A DNA stretch of 64,000 bases, from contig OZ316891.1 in NCBI GenBank assembly GCA_973895155.1, forward strand, positions 30,263,112 to 30,327,111, read 5' to 3'. Shown piece by piece: positions 9,871 through 23,700 of the stretch. Made by a program: the position numbers and the translations under genes. The DNA is from Marsupella aquatica (lineage: Eukaryota > Plantae > Marchantiophyta). Position 1 is the stretch's first letter, and every line of letters begins with the position of its first letter. Below the pieces are notes generated by a model. The model was given only the letters and a program-made list of their open reading frames with translations, was not told the origin of the DNA and made no database searches.

Positions 9871-11765
9871 ATAATTTCCGTGGTTTGTCGATCGACCATG
9901 CAGGGTCGACCGCACGGTCTGACTGTGCAGTTTGCCTGGAGTCATGGTTGACCATAGTATTTTTTAAAAACGTGGTTGGTCACTGCAAGGCGGAAAATCC
10001 CGTTATAGTGCCCATGATAAGAACTTCTGACGAAAAATACTGACAGGGGGCCTATTGGGTAAAAAAAGTTCCATAGGGGCCCATCAGGTAAGAAAGGTTC
10101 CGTAGAGGGCCCATCAAGGTTCCGTAGAAAGGTTCCGTATAGGGCCCTATCTCGCTCTCTCTGAGTATTTGACTTCGACAGTCATTGTGAACACTTTCTC
10201 TTCCATGTTTTCACATTAAAAGATCAGTCGTAAGTGGACAAAACCCAAAACGCTCAAAATATTAGAGCGACTACTGTTAGGAATTGTCCAGCTTTGTAAT
10301 GTGCACAGGTTCCAGAGCAGTCCCAGTGTCGTGTAGGCAGCAGTGTCAATCATGGATGGTCGGACTTCCTTTTGTTTCGTTCTATCAGATGGTGGAAACA
10401 AGCAAGCCAGACAAGTCAAGTGGCCTCTTGGGAATTGCACATCAAAATGTGATAAAATAGAGTGTATTCTGTCATTCCATACCATGATAGACACAAGTTT
10501 ATTTAATCACTGGTGTTAGTAGTACATAGTATATTGTCATATTTTGATGTACAATTATCACAACACAGTCAAGTGCAGTTAGAGCAAGACCAGAAAGTGT
10601 AGAGTAAGCACTATTGATGGTGCTATGTGAACACCTAAGATTTACACTACATGATTTAAGTCAAGAAAGCAATGTCCATGTGCTGTGGTGGGATAGAAAC
10701 TCGCACACTTGATTCTAGAGTTTCACTTTTGTAGAAAAATTGAACTCATCAACAAATAGGTTTTTAAAATGAAGGCAACAGCAAGCAGAAGGGACCAACA
10801 AAGTTGTCTGCCTCACACTCTAAAGGTGGTGTGTTCGTCTTAGGCTGCAAAGCTTGTGGCCTGGTTACAATCCAAAATAAAAACAAGACTGCATTGAACA
10901 AAGTTCTGTTAAATCTATTAGATGCCACTAAAGTCTTCTGTCGATATTTTGTTTTCTTGTGGGAATGGAAGGTCCAAGAAATTGTACCATTGTCATAGAA
11001 CAAAAAGTGTCAAACTGGGAGATAGGAAGACAAGTGATTCATTTTAGGGGACAAAACAAAGGGGTACCCCAGGAAGACCAAACAACCAAAAAGTCCAACA
11101 AACTGGGAGATAGGATCCCAAAGAATGGAGACCCAGTAAATTGAAGAAACCAAGGGGGAAAACCCAGGAAGACGAAAGAAACTAAAAGCCTAAGAGACCC
11201 CCTCTATGAAATTTGAAGACTCCATAAAGTGAAGAAACCAAAGGGCCAAAAAGCCTGAGAGTTCCCCACTACAACATGGGAACTAAAGCCATACTCAACA
11301 ATAAACTTATGTGGGGCCAGTCAGGGTCTTCCCTTCAAGCTAGTTGTACTGTTGAGGTTCCCTTTAAAAAAGAGAGGGAAATTTAATTACGCCCTAAACT
11401 TTTTGAAGTCAATCACGATGGAAAATCGAAGGGACTGATTCCTCATCACTCAAAAGATAATCAATCATTGCATGACATCAAAGAAGTCACACAACCGTGC
11501 ACGAAACGATATGCTCTGGAAGGGGGAATGCGAAATTCCATGAGATTTTTCTACCGTATATAATCCAAAAAGGTGCTGGAATTGTCTCATCGTGGAGGTG
11601 GGGCACACACAAGCCCTCAGCTTAGCTTGTGGACTGCATGTGGGCAGCTCTTTCGATGACATTTTCGAGAGCTGAAAAGTTCCTTTGGGGGGAAAAGGAT
11701 GGTGTCAGTGCTTGCTAGCGAGATTGATTGACCTACCATTCATGGGGTACCGATTTGATTCTCTC

Positions 11766-12000
11766 TTTTTTTTTGGTCTCAAAGGGTAAGCTTTAATGAG
11801 AAATAAAATAACAAGTAGGGTACAGATGGGCGTCCATATAAGTGGAAGTGTGGAACTGGCCTAGAGAAGGTTTGAGTCAGAGCCGCTTCCCTAGTCTAGT
11901 CTGAAAGTCAAATCAGTCAGGGCAAAACTCTCTCCCTCTCTAGGCGATAGACCCATAAACCCAACATCAGAAAATACGAAAGGCTGCCTGAGGTAGACAC
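11766..12000 (-). mobile_element. Possible 3' end of a poly(A)-type retroposon
   Basis: The minus strand reads ...TTTCTCATTAAAGCTTACCCTTTGAGACC(A)9, i.e. an ATTAAA signal followed by a poly(A) tail. No coding motif was recognised. Confidence 0.3.
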
Positions 12001-12042
12001 ATGTGAAAAGAAGACTAACTTTTGGAATATTATATACTAACC

Positions 12043-12163
12043 TAAATGCCCAAGCTTGCTCATAAATAAATAGTGAAGAACATCATCATGCTTGTTCCAC
12101 TTCCACCCCAAAGTGACCGTCATGGTCTGAGGCTTCACCCTAGACTATAGGCCCTTATCCTAG
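12043..12163 (+). repeat. Dispersed repeat, similar to 40101-40223
   Basis: Both loci share AATGCCCAAGCTT..TCAT.AATA.A.A.TGA...ATCATG...TTCCA.TT.CACCC...CTTCAC.CTAG...ATAG.CCTTA...CTAGC. Confidence 0.6.
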
Positions 12164-15100
12164 CATTCCCTTTTGCTTTCGAGGCAGATGTGTGTTAACT
12201 TGACTTGGTGTAGTGGGAGTAAAAAGGTTGAGATCACTGAAAGTAAGTGGAAATGGTAGTGTGCGTGGAAAATTCAGATTTCATGAGTTATGTGGCCATA
12301 ACAGCAGTCACTCTTATAATTCTGATGTCAACTCTAGGTTTTTGGCCACAAAAATTGCATGTAGAGGTTCAGTTGATGCCAAACTAGGAGATTCATAGGT
12401 CATACGAGTGGACACAATGCTGTCCATGCACCATTGACAACCAGTTTCCAGATCATCAAACAGGTGCAGCCGGCCACATAGGAGCTGCCAGTGTTTGGCA
12501 ATGATAGGTGCACCCAACAAGTTCTGCGCCGGTGAGATTGCGATGACTATGTGTTTCAATTGTATGGAATGATGAATGAGGGAAGTTATCTCTGCCCAAA
12601 TCCGCTGAGATTGATCACATTTCCAGAGTCAATACAAAGGGAGTGTCGCAGCCCCATCAGTTATCAATCCGCACTATCAGGTATTATTCACGACAAATGA
12701 TCTATGAAACTTTCCTACTCCACAGGGCCACTAAGTTGAAGAAGTGACTCAGCAAAGGCAGCCAAGTTGGTTCCAAATCAGCAATGGCACTGAGAGAAAA
12801 CATTCAGCAAGGTAAGCCAAGAGAAAATGTGACTGATGGGAGTGCCTGATAACCGATGGTTACAACATCCTTGTCCCAGTTATGGTTGCCTTGAGGAACC
12901 TTGCAACACCATACACACCCGCAGTACTTGTAAAGATCTTTTAACAGCACCTTCTAAGGGGTGGCTTATCTGGAATTACTATCCCACGCTTGTTCACCCA
13001 TCAATCACTACCATCATTGGTTTGCATAGGCCCTGTAAAGGAGGAAGAATTCACTAGCAAATGGTAGAGACTGATATCTGATATTGGTGACTGATAATTG
13101 ATGGAATTGCAACACTCTATGGCGATAGTGCCTAGCACATTGTGCCCGCATGCTGTTTGAAGAATGTCATAGAGGGCTAGTCCAGCCAGTTGTGTGTTAT
13201 TTTGGAAACTATCACACAACCAAAGGACCAAAAATGATGCAGAAAAGCCAACTTAATGATGATTGATGGAGCTTGTAACGCAATAGCTGATTGCAATCAA
13301 AGTGAAACTCACAAGGTCAAAGTGCCATAAATGTTGGTATTTGCCATAGCTAGGCAGAGTGACGAGTGAGAGCAAGAACATACTGAGGTCAGACAGACTC
13401 CAATTAAACTGGAATCTTGAATTGCCCAGGTAAGATTTTGGATAGCCAAGATTGCCCTTTGATGCAGAATAGGGCGTCTCAAAGCCTGGCCTTAACAAGA
13501 CAAGGCCCTTCCATAACCAAGGATTATGGGAACTCCTGTAGAAGTTATGAGAGCCAGTCTTCGGCTACCGTAAGGAAAGCCCGCGGGCTCAACACTTAAC
13601 CCGTAACTTTCCCTCAACTTTAGGTGGAAATGCAGAAATCCGGAAAGCCGCGACCGAAGGCACGTGGGATTTGCTCCTTACGTGGTGATCGCTGCTGCAT
13701 TTGAGGCGGCGGCTGATCAAAAATTGAGGACAAAAATAATATCTGCTATGAGACAGGTGAGGCCGTAACTCCTGTCTTATGGGGCAGGTCAATGTTACCT
13801 CCCCCCATTTTTTAAATTCTATAACTGGGTCCCATAACTTGCTCAAGTGAGTTATGGGATATGTCACAAATCTGTAACTTTCTCTAATGACCAAGCTTCG
13901 ATACGCCCTAATGGATCCTTACAATTGGATGTGAATGGGAATGTCCAGATGAACCATGAAATTGTCCTGGAGAGTGAGGAGTTCTGGCAGTGCCAAGTAC
14001 TCTCTCATAGTCATTTGGATGCAATAGGGCGAGTTACTCTCTCATACTATTAGGCATTTGGGTGCAATAGAGCAAGTCCACTCCAAAGATGCTCCCAGAA
14101 ACCCGCCCAGAACCCAGGTGGCCATTGGCAGACAACCTGACAATAGGAAGCGTGCAGCCAAATTGAGCTCACTCCCATTATAGGGACTCCAGAGTGCTCC
14201 ACCTCTCACCCAGAACTTGCGGTTTTAATATGCGTACAATGGAAAGAGGCTGAACCCTTCATGTGGAGCCATAAGATTTGATGAAGTTTATATATATTGG
14301 CTTACATTGTCACTATCAGCTAACCTATGCTGGAGGCTTCAAACCCAGTATTTGGAGTGCACTCCTCCCTCAGTGATTATTCATAGGCCATTTGATTCTG
14401 TCACATGGGAAGTAGAGGTGTCCCACCAGGAATGTCACTCATTGTCTCATTCTTTACTGATTCACGAGCGCCCACACATAAAACAAATTCAGGCCTAGAA
14501 TTGGCTGCAGCCAGTTTTCCCATACACCAAGATTCTAGGTGGACTTCTTTAAATTGTTTTAAAAAGACAGTAGGTGGAGTGGGCTGTTTTTTAAAGGTGG
14601 AATGATGGATAGTTTGCTCGTGGCGTAAACTCTTAGGTGTCTTGGGGCCATACAACAAAAAGCCTCGTTGCTATTTCCTTTATTGTTACGCATCTTAAAG
14701 GTATGCCAATCATGCACTCGAGGTTCTGATTTTTTCTTTTCAGTAGGTTAGGTGGAGCCATGGTCAACATGATTGTTTGCTCACGAGCTAGACAATTCCT
14801 TTGCTTCAAGGAAGGGACAGAATGCGTGATTAATTCATCATGGATAAATGTATAGGTCCTACTATCCGTTCATTTGATCAGCTAACTTGAACAGTGAAGG
14901 CTTTATCCAGTCAGCTTGTTTTGTTGTTGTTATTTTGGGGGGACAAGGACACGGAATCCACGCCATAGTGACGGATTAACTTGATTGTCTAATAGGCAAA
15001 TTAAAAATCTAGATTCCAGAAAGGATAAATATAGTATGTAAAGGAAAAATATTGGAGATGATTCCCTGGGCCCGAATGCAGATGATTGGATGGTCCACGC

Positions 15101-18100
15101 CTTCATATACTAAGCTGGATTGAGAGATTTTATTGCCAGCAATTTTAGCAACCGTTTAGGCAAAGGGTTTAGCCCAAGACACCAGAACTATCATCTTGTT
15201 CTGGGTCCCGCCCGTCCACTCTGGTATTGACAGTCTCAGCTTAGTTGGTATTTTAGTGCCATTCCTGCTCACACAAACCAATATAAATTTATTAAAATGC
15301 TGGCTCTGATTAACAAAATATTTTAGATAGCTTGTGAGAAGTCCAAAGATTTGTTGTGCAAATGTTAAGAGTCGTCAAGCATCTTGACTGAAACATTAAC
15401 TTTTCCGTGTATACATATTTTCCAAATAAAAACACAACTTTTAATTACACTGTTATTGAAGATATTTTAATTTACAATATATTATTGTTTTTATTATATG
15501 TATAAATATTTAATGGTTTTAGTATATTTCACCTTTGTTCCTTTTATTGAAATTATTGGCTTTATGCAAAAAACAGTGACATATTTGTAAAATATTAAAA
15601 CAACCATTGTAATATTATCAATTTGAACATCTTTAGTGGTAAAGTAATGAAAAGTTATTTAAAAAAATTAGAGAACAGTTTTCCTGCACTGGGATGGCAC
15701 TTCCATAGGTCACACTTCTTTATTGGCTTGAGCAGTAAGTTGATGTTTGAACCTTAGTGCAGTGTTCTGCATTTTCCTTTGCTAAAAAAATTCCTGTTTC
15801 CTCGCATAATAAAATACCTCAATATTTTCTCTGGCTGTAGCTTGTGGGCAATTTGTATTCTTTGTCCCTTTGCATATAGAAGTGAGGTTTCCCACCCAAG
15901 GCACCCAACCAGGTGCATGGTTGCTCAACTAGACCACTTTCCCTCTCACTTCAAAATGAAAGATAGCAATCTGGTTTGAGAGTTGCAACACCAAGGCAGT
16001 GCACAATAAGGGGCACAGAAGAGAGGCAATGCACTCTAGTTCCCCATGAGCCAAGAGTCAAGGCGTTGCATACCCATTCTTCCGTCTCAGTTGAGATTGC
16101 ATTTGTTTGTGTTGGTCTAACCCATGAGAGCACCAGGATAAGTTTGTAGTGAGTTAGAGCTGCCCAAGCCTGTGCTTTACATGAGCAGATACATATTGAA
16201 TTTAGGACAAGTTTTATGGGGGGGGGGGGGGGGGGAGGATACAATAAATGGATAGGCACGAAAAAGTACATGGTTTACTGTGTTGGTATTTTATGCCTCT
16301 TTGGCATGACTGGACATCAGAAACCATGGCATATAACTTTTGCCCAGAGTATACGGGGGTTCTAAGTGGGGATCAACACACACATGAATCCCTTTGTCAA
16401 ACTATGTAACTCAAAGCAAAGCGAGTAGAATGAGCTGTTATATTTATGCAATGGAGGAAATGGGGCAGGAATGTTGTTTTTGACATTGCCTTGTAATAAA
16501 AAGGAATCCAAGCTTTTGTTGTCTATGATGATTGATACTCGTGGTGGGACTTGAAAAGAAAGAACTTTCTCATGGATTGGACCCACATTCAAAGAATAAA
16601 TAAAAATGAAAAATGAAAAAACATTATGTCAGCCATGTATTTGGTACTATAGGTGATGATGTATAAGTGTATCATCGCAACGTTCTGTCCAAAACATTAC
16701 GACATGTGGGGGCACCTTCTAGACCTCTAAACATTCCCAGGAGGCGAGGGAGAGGATGTTTCCAGTAGTCGTTCATGTGAGCCAAGTGGTGGTTGAGTTG
16801 GGTATGGGGGGACAAATCTCATCGAATGTTGTCAAATGATTTCTGGCCCCACTTTTCTAAGTGAAAAGTACTGTAGGATGGCCAATTGGACTGAAAAGTC
16901 TGCTAGAGTCTGGAATGCCCCCTAATGATTCTTCTTAGATATTGGAAGTTGTGCATGGTTGACCCTCCTCAAACTCGGAAATCAGTCTGGGCTGGGTGGA
17001 GTACACACCGACATAACCACTAGCAGGAAACCAAGAATGAATGGCAAAAGGCAAAGGGAAACCTACATGAGCAAAATTGCTATTAAATATTCCCCCCACT
17101 CTCCGCTACATGTCACAAAATTGGGGGCTGTCCCACAGCAGGACCATTTTAGAATCCAACAAGCTCAGCAGATTGTGATTGCAGATAAGATTTCATTTTT
17201 AAAAGGGGGAAGCAACCTTTGAGAACCCTGGATTATATTTTTTTAGCAGATAGATTTGCTAAGAAAATTGAAGCTATTTGGATCGTAGCTGGTCCGTTAG
17301 TAGTTCTCTAGTGTAGCACTCAATAGCTCTCATGTTTGAGGGTGGTCCACTGCACTTTTTCCACAAATCATTAATTTTGTTGTTAGGGTTAAGGGGATCA
17401 CGAAACCGATGTCCCCACCATACCTTGCCTACATTTCCCAACTCTCACGTCTGCTCTTCAGTGTTCCGTATGGTGCAGATTTTAGCAATACTACTAATTT
17501 AATCATAAAGATGTCACTTATCTCTCCAAACTGATAGGCAAAATTATTCATGTCTCAAACCTGACAGCGCAACAGGTGCCAACAAGCACAAATCCAAGAC
17601 ACCATGAGCATGACTATGGTGACACACAAGCTATCCGACCAAAAGCTATTTAGCCTCTAAGATGAGGAAAAAATATAGCTACAACAGGTCATCCTATCCT
17701 AGGTGAAACCAAAGTTGGAACCTATCACCGCCACAGGGGTAAGAGAAAATAGGCAAATCCTAACAACCTTGCCCGAGACAAGGTAAGGCTAAATCATGCA
17801 TCGTCAGACCTGCTACTGTAGGAGATCGAGCTATCTTTGCACATGGCCAACCTCCCTAAGTGATCAGAGATTGCGAAATAGAAATTGTGAAGGACTAAAG
17901 AGTAGCTGTTCAGTTGATTTTGAGTAAGTTTTTACACTAGAAGCATTTATCCTACCAACAGAAGCAACAACCATCATTAAATAAATTCTGTCATACTTCA
18001 GCCATGTCAGTCTCTTTGCAAGAATGGTATACCGTCAAGAAATGAGACCAAAAATGAGTTTAACCCATGCCAACGAAGAGTCTCCTCATGGAATTTGAAT

Positions 18101-18234
18101 TGCCTGGGAAATGAGAGAGAATATTTGTGGATGGAGGTTTGCCAGGGTTTATGCTTTGCAGTTTTATTGACATATGAAAATTCAAATTTGAATCTACAAA
18201 CACAATTTTTACAGAATGTCCAAACAAGATACAC

Positions 18235-18413
18235 GTTAGATATGCTTAGTAGACCCCATTCTGGAAAAAGTTTCCTTAATCAACCCCCTCGATACTTTTC
18301 CCTAATCTGGATCGTTGATGAACCTTTTGATCTCAGATCTGGACTGTTGATAGACCTCAAGGGGTTAATCAAGTAACAAGTTTCATTTTGGAGGTTGATC
18401 AAACAAATAACTC
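18235..18413. mobile_element. Non-autonomous MULE MITE (179 bp) with 10-bp TSD
   Basis: Exact TSD CAAGATACAC at 18225-18234 and 18414-18423. The imperfect ~55-bp TIRs match the element at 27091-27593. Confidence 0.9.
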
Positions 18414-18423
18414 CAAGATACAC

Positions 18424-20700
18424 CGAAGTATATATCAAACTGCCAAAGAGCAAGAGGCGTTGAACCAGGAGACAGGAACCCACAGGCCAAAAAACCCAAT
18501 CAAGGGAAAACAGGAAAAAAGGCCAAAAGGCCAAAGAGCAAAAACAAAAAAGACTAGGCACAAGCCCAGCCCAAGGAGAACAAAGGACACACAAACCTAA
18601 AGACTACCCAACGGCAAAGTGAAGGGCCTGATAAAGCTCCGTCGTGAACTGCATAGGGGGGTCAAGCAATGGAATCCGACTAGATGCCCGGACTCCAACC
18701 GCCTCGCCTCTACGAAGGATAGTGAAGGCCTGTGCACGCTGAAGTGCAATGGACACCCTCTGTCTAAAAAAGGATGTGATAACAGAGACGGGTGGATAAG
18801 GCCGCCGCTCGACATAATGAACCGCACAGGAGTGCAAGAACTGGTCAAAAGTCGGGTGCAGCGCTCCAAAGACCTCCACGGCAAACGGGTAGAAAAGGTC
18901 CCTTGGGTAACGCGTAGCATAAGCCTCCTCCTTGAGGCGAGCAGCCCTCGTGGCAGCATGACCTGGGATGTGGGCAGCGGACGCCAAATTGGCTCCACTC
19001 GTGCGGTCAGCAACAACCACATCCCCAAGGGCACGAACACCAGCGCGAGAGAAAACCAAATCGGCCCGACCCCTGTCCGGTACTCCATCCCGGGGTGGTA
19101 ACACATGTCGTTGCTCCATCATAACATGATACCCGGAATCACGAGCGATGGCGGGTACCACATCCCGGATGTCATCGTGTGTCGCCGTCTGCTCACTACC
19201 ATGACCACATCGTAGGATATGGATTCCCCCCCTATCCAAGGGTGCTCCACAAACGCATGTGGGTTGCCCAAGGAGGCATGGGTGGGGAAGACCAAGTCGG
19301 AGGCGCATGGAAGTGGTGAAGACAAAAGAACTCATACAAAAGGGGGCAATGGGCTCGCAGATAACCAAGCCCCCAAACCAATGCCCGAACCGGATAAAAG
19401 ACGCACTCGAACCAAGTCAGAGGGTGCGTCGGAAAGCATGCTAGAAAGGGTGAATCGGTGCATGCGATCAGAGATCACCTGTTGAACTCGGTCGGGACTG
19501 TCCAAAATAACTCCCTCAAAAGCAGGGACCACGCTCTGCACATCCTCCGGTAATAAGGACCGGGCATGACAAAGCTGGACCTGACAAGGGAGAGCTCCGT
19601 TCTCCACTCCCATGACCGAGTCAGAGAGGATAGGCCGAAGGTCCACAATGAAACGTGACGCCAAGGCGGGGGCCACCTGCGCCCAGCTGCCAAGAAACGC
19701 ACAAGGAGCAGCAACCACAGCCGAGGACACCCCCAAACCACCTCCCGATGGGGGCAGAGACGCCTGCCTAGCCGCAAAAGAACCATCCTCTCCATCAAGG
19801 GCTCCAGGACCGATGAGGTGACCAAAGACCCGCATCACGGTGGTGTCAAAGGAAGAGAGCAAGGACAAAAACGCTGGGGTGGGGGCGACCGTCCGCATAA
19901 GGTATGATGGTTGGCGAACAAAACACAAAACCAGAATCAAGAAGGCAATCTGGACATCCCCCAAAGCCACCAGCTGGTCAAGGTGCAAAACATCCTGGTC
20001 CAAGGCAGACTATAGAAACTCCTGCTCAAAGGCCGTCCCCCCAAACGGCACCCCAAGGACCCAAATGCCATCATGTCTAATGGGGATATCAAGAGGGGGG
20101 GAGAATGAGTCCGGGAGAGGAAGACGAGACCAGACCCCACACTTCCTAGGCTATACTGACAAACCAATAATGGCAAGCTGCTGAACAAAATGGATATAGG
20201 CATCTCCAAGAAGCAAAGCAGGAGCAACAATGTGAGTATCATCAGCAATAGAAGGGAACAGGCAACCTGGAAAAGCACCGGAAGACGCCCGAATGGCCCG
20301 AAGATGAGCCAAGGCAAACAACGCACCACCAAGGGGATCCCCCTGCCGGGTGCCGGACTCTGACATAATGGTGGAGTATGTCCCAGACACCAGATGGTCA
20401 GAGTAGACCAAGGGGGAGGGGTCCCATAAAAATCCCGAGCAAAAGGGATGAGGGATGCAATCTCCCCCCAGCATCCCGAAACTCCTCGAAAAGCACACGA
20501 CGGGAGACAGAGTTGAAGGCATTGGCAACATCCACCTGAATGACCCCCCAATCCGGGTGGAGCCGAGCAAAAGGGATGAGGGATGCACCTAAAGGGATGC
20601 AACCGAAGAGAAAGCAAAGAGATGAAATAGAAAAAAAACCCACATTAAAGAAGAGGCAAATGCAACCCCGAAAAATCAATGAGAAAAAGGAGGTCAAAGA
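18424..20700 (-). mobile_element. 5'-truncated, decayed non-LTR retrotransposon with RT and restriction-like endonuclease (CRE-like clade)
   Basis: RT motifs: QVDVANAFNSVSR, GTRQGDPLGGALFALA, SIADDTHIV, GIWVLGVPFG, LPPSGGGLG. C-terminus: CVCG..HILRC zinc finger, THDDIRD, RADLV..DVVV..KEEAY..FYPFAVEVFGAL..SIALQR (REL). There are at least 3 frameshifts and 2 TAG stops. The coding end is at 18604, followed by a T-rich 3' UTR to about 18424. Confidence 0.9.
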
Positions 20701-23700
20701 GTGCTCGTGGGAGGAGAAACACTGTTATATTATTACATTACAGACCTAAACACCAGATCCTTGGGGCTCATTTGGGAGCATCATGACTGAGACACCACAT
20801 GCAACATCACTGTAGGCCCCCAAACTACTGTAACATGTTCTCGCCCATCTCTCACACGTGATGGAATCATGGGGTGGGTGCCAATAACAGACTGCTTTTT
20901 CAATAGTAATAGTAATGATAAGCTAGATTGGTTTGCGAGCCCAAAGATCATGTTATCCTTTGTTCCTGGGAATCATGCACATGGCATTAATTCGGAGAAT
21001 ATCGATGGCGACAACCTTCCTCCCAGACTATTACCCTTAATCCTCGCCGCAGATCTCACGAATGGACAGAAGACGAGTTCAGTCCAGGTTCTTACAACGG
21101 ACTTTCTATTGGCTAGTATCATTCTACTGTGGTGTCGTGAAATGTGACTACAATATTCATTTTTAATCACGTTTTTTTGGATGGTTGGAAAATGAGCGAC
21201 AAATTATCGTTACTGTTTCCATTCACTCCAGTCGTGGGGGTAAGCAAGAGTTTATCACCGTTAATACAGTAACCCCCATAAATGCTGAGTGTAAAATCTT
21301 AAAATTCGAACTCGCCCACTTTAGTCGTTGCTTTTGATCCCCCAACATTCTCCAGCTATTTCTTGTCCGTCCAAATTCCCATGCCCGTCAATCGCTGAGC
21401 ATTTTGTGGGACAATAATCCCAAGTGACCTCTTACTATCTCCACTTCTACAGGCCTCCTGCCCTTATCGCATTTGCCCGACTTTCCCACTTCTTTGAAAG
21501 CACCATAAGGTGAGTACAGGGATCCATTTTGTTCGTGGCTCAAATTAGCTAAGTTTTACCTCCTTAAAATCCATTTGACACTTCTGGAAGAATCTCCTAC
21601 TCTTTGCTAAATCCAAAATTAGAGATTCATCTAGGAATATGAGGTAAGGAAGCCGAGCTCTCATTGACCACAGTGGCAAAAAAGAAAAGGCCGTAAGAAT
21701 TACCTTGGTCCAGAACCAAAGTGCTGAGAGAGTGAGAACCGAGGGGGGACAATCTCTATGGGGGCAATCAGTTGAGGCAGGAGAGTTTTAGAATTGGGCC
21801 GTGTAGGGTAGCCAGAGGACTCACTTTGGTCCCGTGGTGCAGGTGGTGGAGATATGTTACTCCCAGTCAACTTAGATGCATAAAATCAAGACTGTACATC
21901 TCTTGCATCAAATCTAGCAACTGGGATAAGGAACTGTTCGTTGAAACTTTTTCTTTTCTTTTCTTCTTTTCTTCTTTTTGACCAATTTATTTCCATTGCA
22001 CTAGGAGAGACTCGTTACGCCAAGATCTGGATTAAATTTTATTGTTTACACTCCCTTTAGATGTGATCCATGCTTGGCTAATTTTAATTGCTAACCCATT
22101 ATTCACCTACCCATGTTCATTGATTTCAATGTAGGCACAAGCGTGGCACCTGCCATCATAATTCAGCCAATGAGGTACTTTTTTGGATTAAAGTTTTTGA
22201 CAGGAATTAATCACTAAAAAAGAGTTCAAGAGCAATCCTGAACGTCCTCTGATTCAATTTGGTGATTGCTAGCTTTCATCCGTACATAAGACACTAAAAT
22301 TCTAAAATCGTTTACTGGAGCAAAATCCTTATCTACCCAACAGTAAATAAGTCTTTCCATTACGATCTACCTGGGTCCCAATAATTACCGTCGCCAGGCT
22401 GTGAATTCGCTGCGGCAAGCGAGTGTCGTTGGATGCATTTAACAATCCAATCTGCGCCACAGCAGCGAAACACGGCATCATCAGTAACTTGATCTGAACG
22501 TCACGTTTGACACCTGCGGGGGGACAGGGCCGCCAAAATGACCCATGATTCCCGGCGTCTCGACTCCCTACTGTCAGCCTCCACCAATCTCGGCCAGTCG
22601 GCCCTCTGCCTGGCCCCAGACAAGACCGTACGGTACACGTCCAGCAACTTGCAGAACGATATCATTGAAGCGTTCTGATGATTTGCGTAGGAGAGGAAGA
22701 CGACAAGTTGTCACGGTTCCGGGCCGACCACCCGAAAATGACAACTTACTAATTACTGTACTGTTTGTGTTGCGTTGATGTCGTTCTGGTTGTCCCTAGA
22801 TGATTGCGCACAGGTCCGTGATTCACTCCAATGAATTACTCAATCAATCGCACAGAATGCAGGACTGTATTCTTCTGTACTGTGGAACCGGTCAAACCTC
22901 GCTTTTCCAGAATCATCAATTCTACGGCAGCTGGAATCATCACTTGCAAGTGTACAGTTGGCTGGCCAATTGGCCATAAGTGCACCGTCCATAAGTGAAA
23001 ATACTGGCTTATTGCAAGACGCCCCCTTCTTTCTAATTTTTTTTTTTCGAGCATTTTGCTTTCATTGATCAGTAGGAGTGTAGGTAGAGTAGGCCCTTCG
23101 TGAGTGCTCACTCCATAGGAGGGCACCCTGGCTAATTGCAAGGTGTCCTGTCCTTTCCATTTTTGTTGTTAGTTGTGCGAAAGAGTGTCTCCACCAAACG
23201 ACAAATACGTAGTTATGGGTAAAAGGCAGAATATATTATGTGGAGCTTTTTTTGAAGCTGTGCACACTGTTTATGTAGAGTTCAACCTGAGGTTACAAGG
23301 TAGCTCACCCGGGTTCACAAGATTTAGTGTTTAGGAGTATAGGTGTACAATCCAAGAATACTGGATTGATGGCTTAGAACAGGCATGCCACCACTTCTTT
23401 AATGTGATTTAAGGCCAGACCGAGGCTGCTGGAATTTTAAGTAGTTATAAGTGCAAGTCCAAAAACGTACGCTTGTCCCATAGCGCAAAACACATTTAAA
23501 CTCAAACCCAAAGGCTTCTTCCTGGACTGTGCACAAAGGCAAGAGAAGCTCCAGAGTTTGGATTAATTAATGGAAGTTCCCCACAGGCTACAGTACCTTA
23601 GTGTAAGCTTCAGTACGCTAACTTTTAGATTCTAACCGTTAGCTTGGGAAAATGGGAGAGCTCAATAATAAATCAGAGCCTCCATTCTCCTGCATTAAGT

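Larger units (their letters stand above)
1..10153 (-). mobile_element. Large Mutator-like element (MULE) region; right terminus in window, left end probably upstream of position 1
   Basis: Contains a MULE transposase. The terminus at 10153 reads GAGATAGGGCCC on the minus strand (maize Mu TIRs begin GAGATA) and is preceded by repeated GGTTCCGTA/GGGCCC units (10046-10153). A shared dyad motif runs from 1178 to 9826. No matching left TIR or TSD was found in the window, and the region may be a composite of related elements. Confidence 0.7.

Noticed and set aside
2713-10153. 2713 as the left end of the element ending at 10153
   Set aside because: The two termini are not inverted copies and no TSD flanks them.
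12400-14700. Possible decayed retroelement coding region
   Set aside because: Many stops and no diagnostic motif recognised by eye; left unannotated.
18619-20749. Plus-strand ORFs over the CRE-like element
   Set aside because: Antisense shadows of a GC-rich coding sequence.
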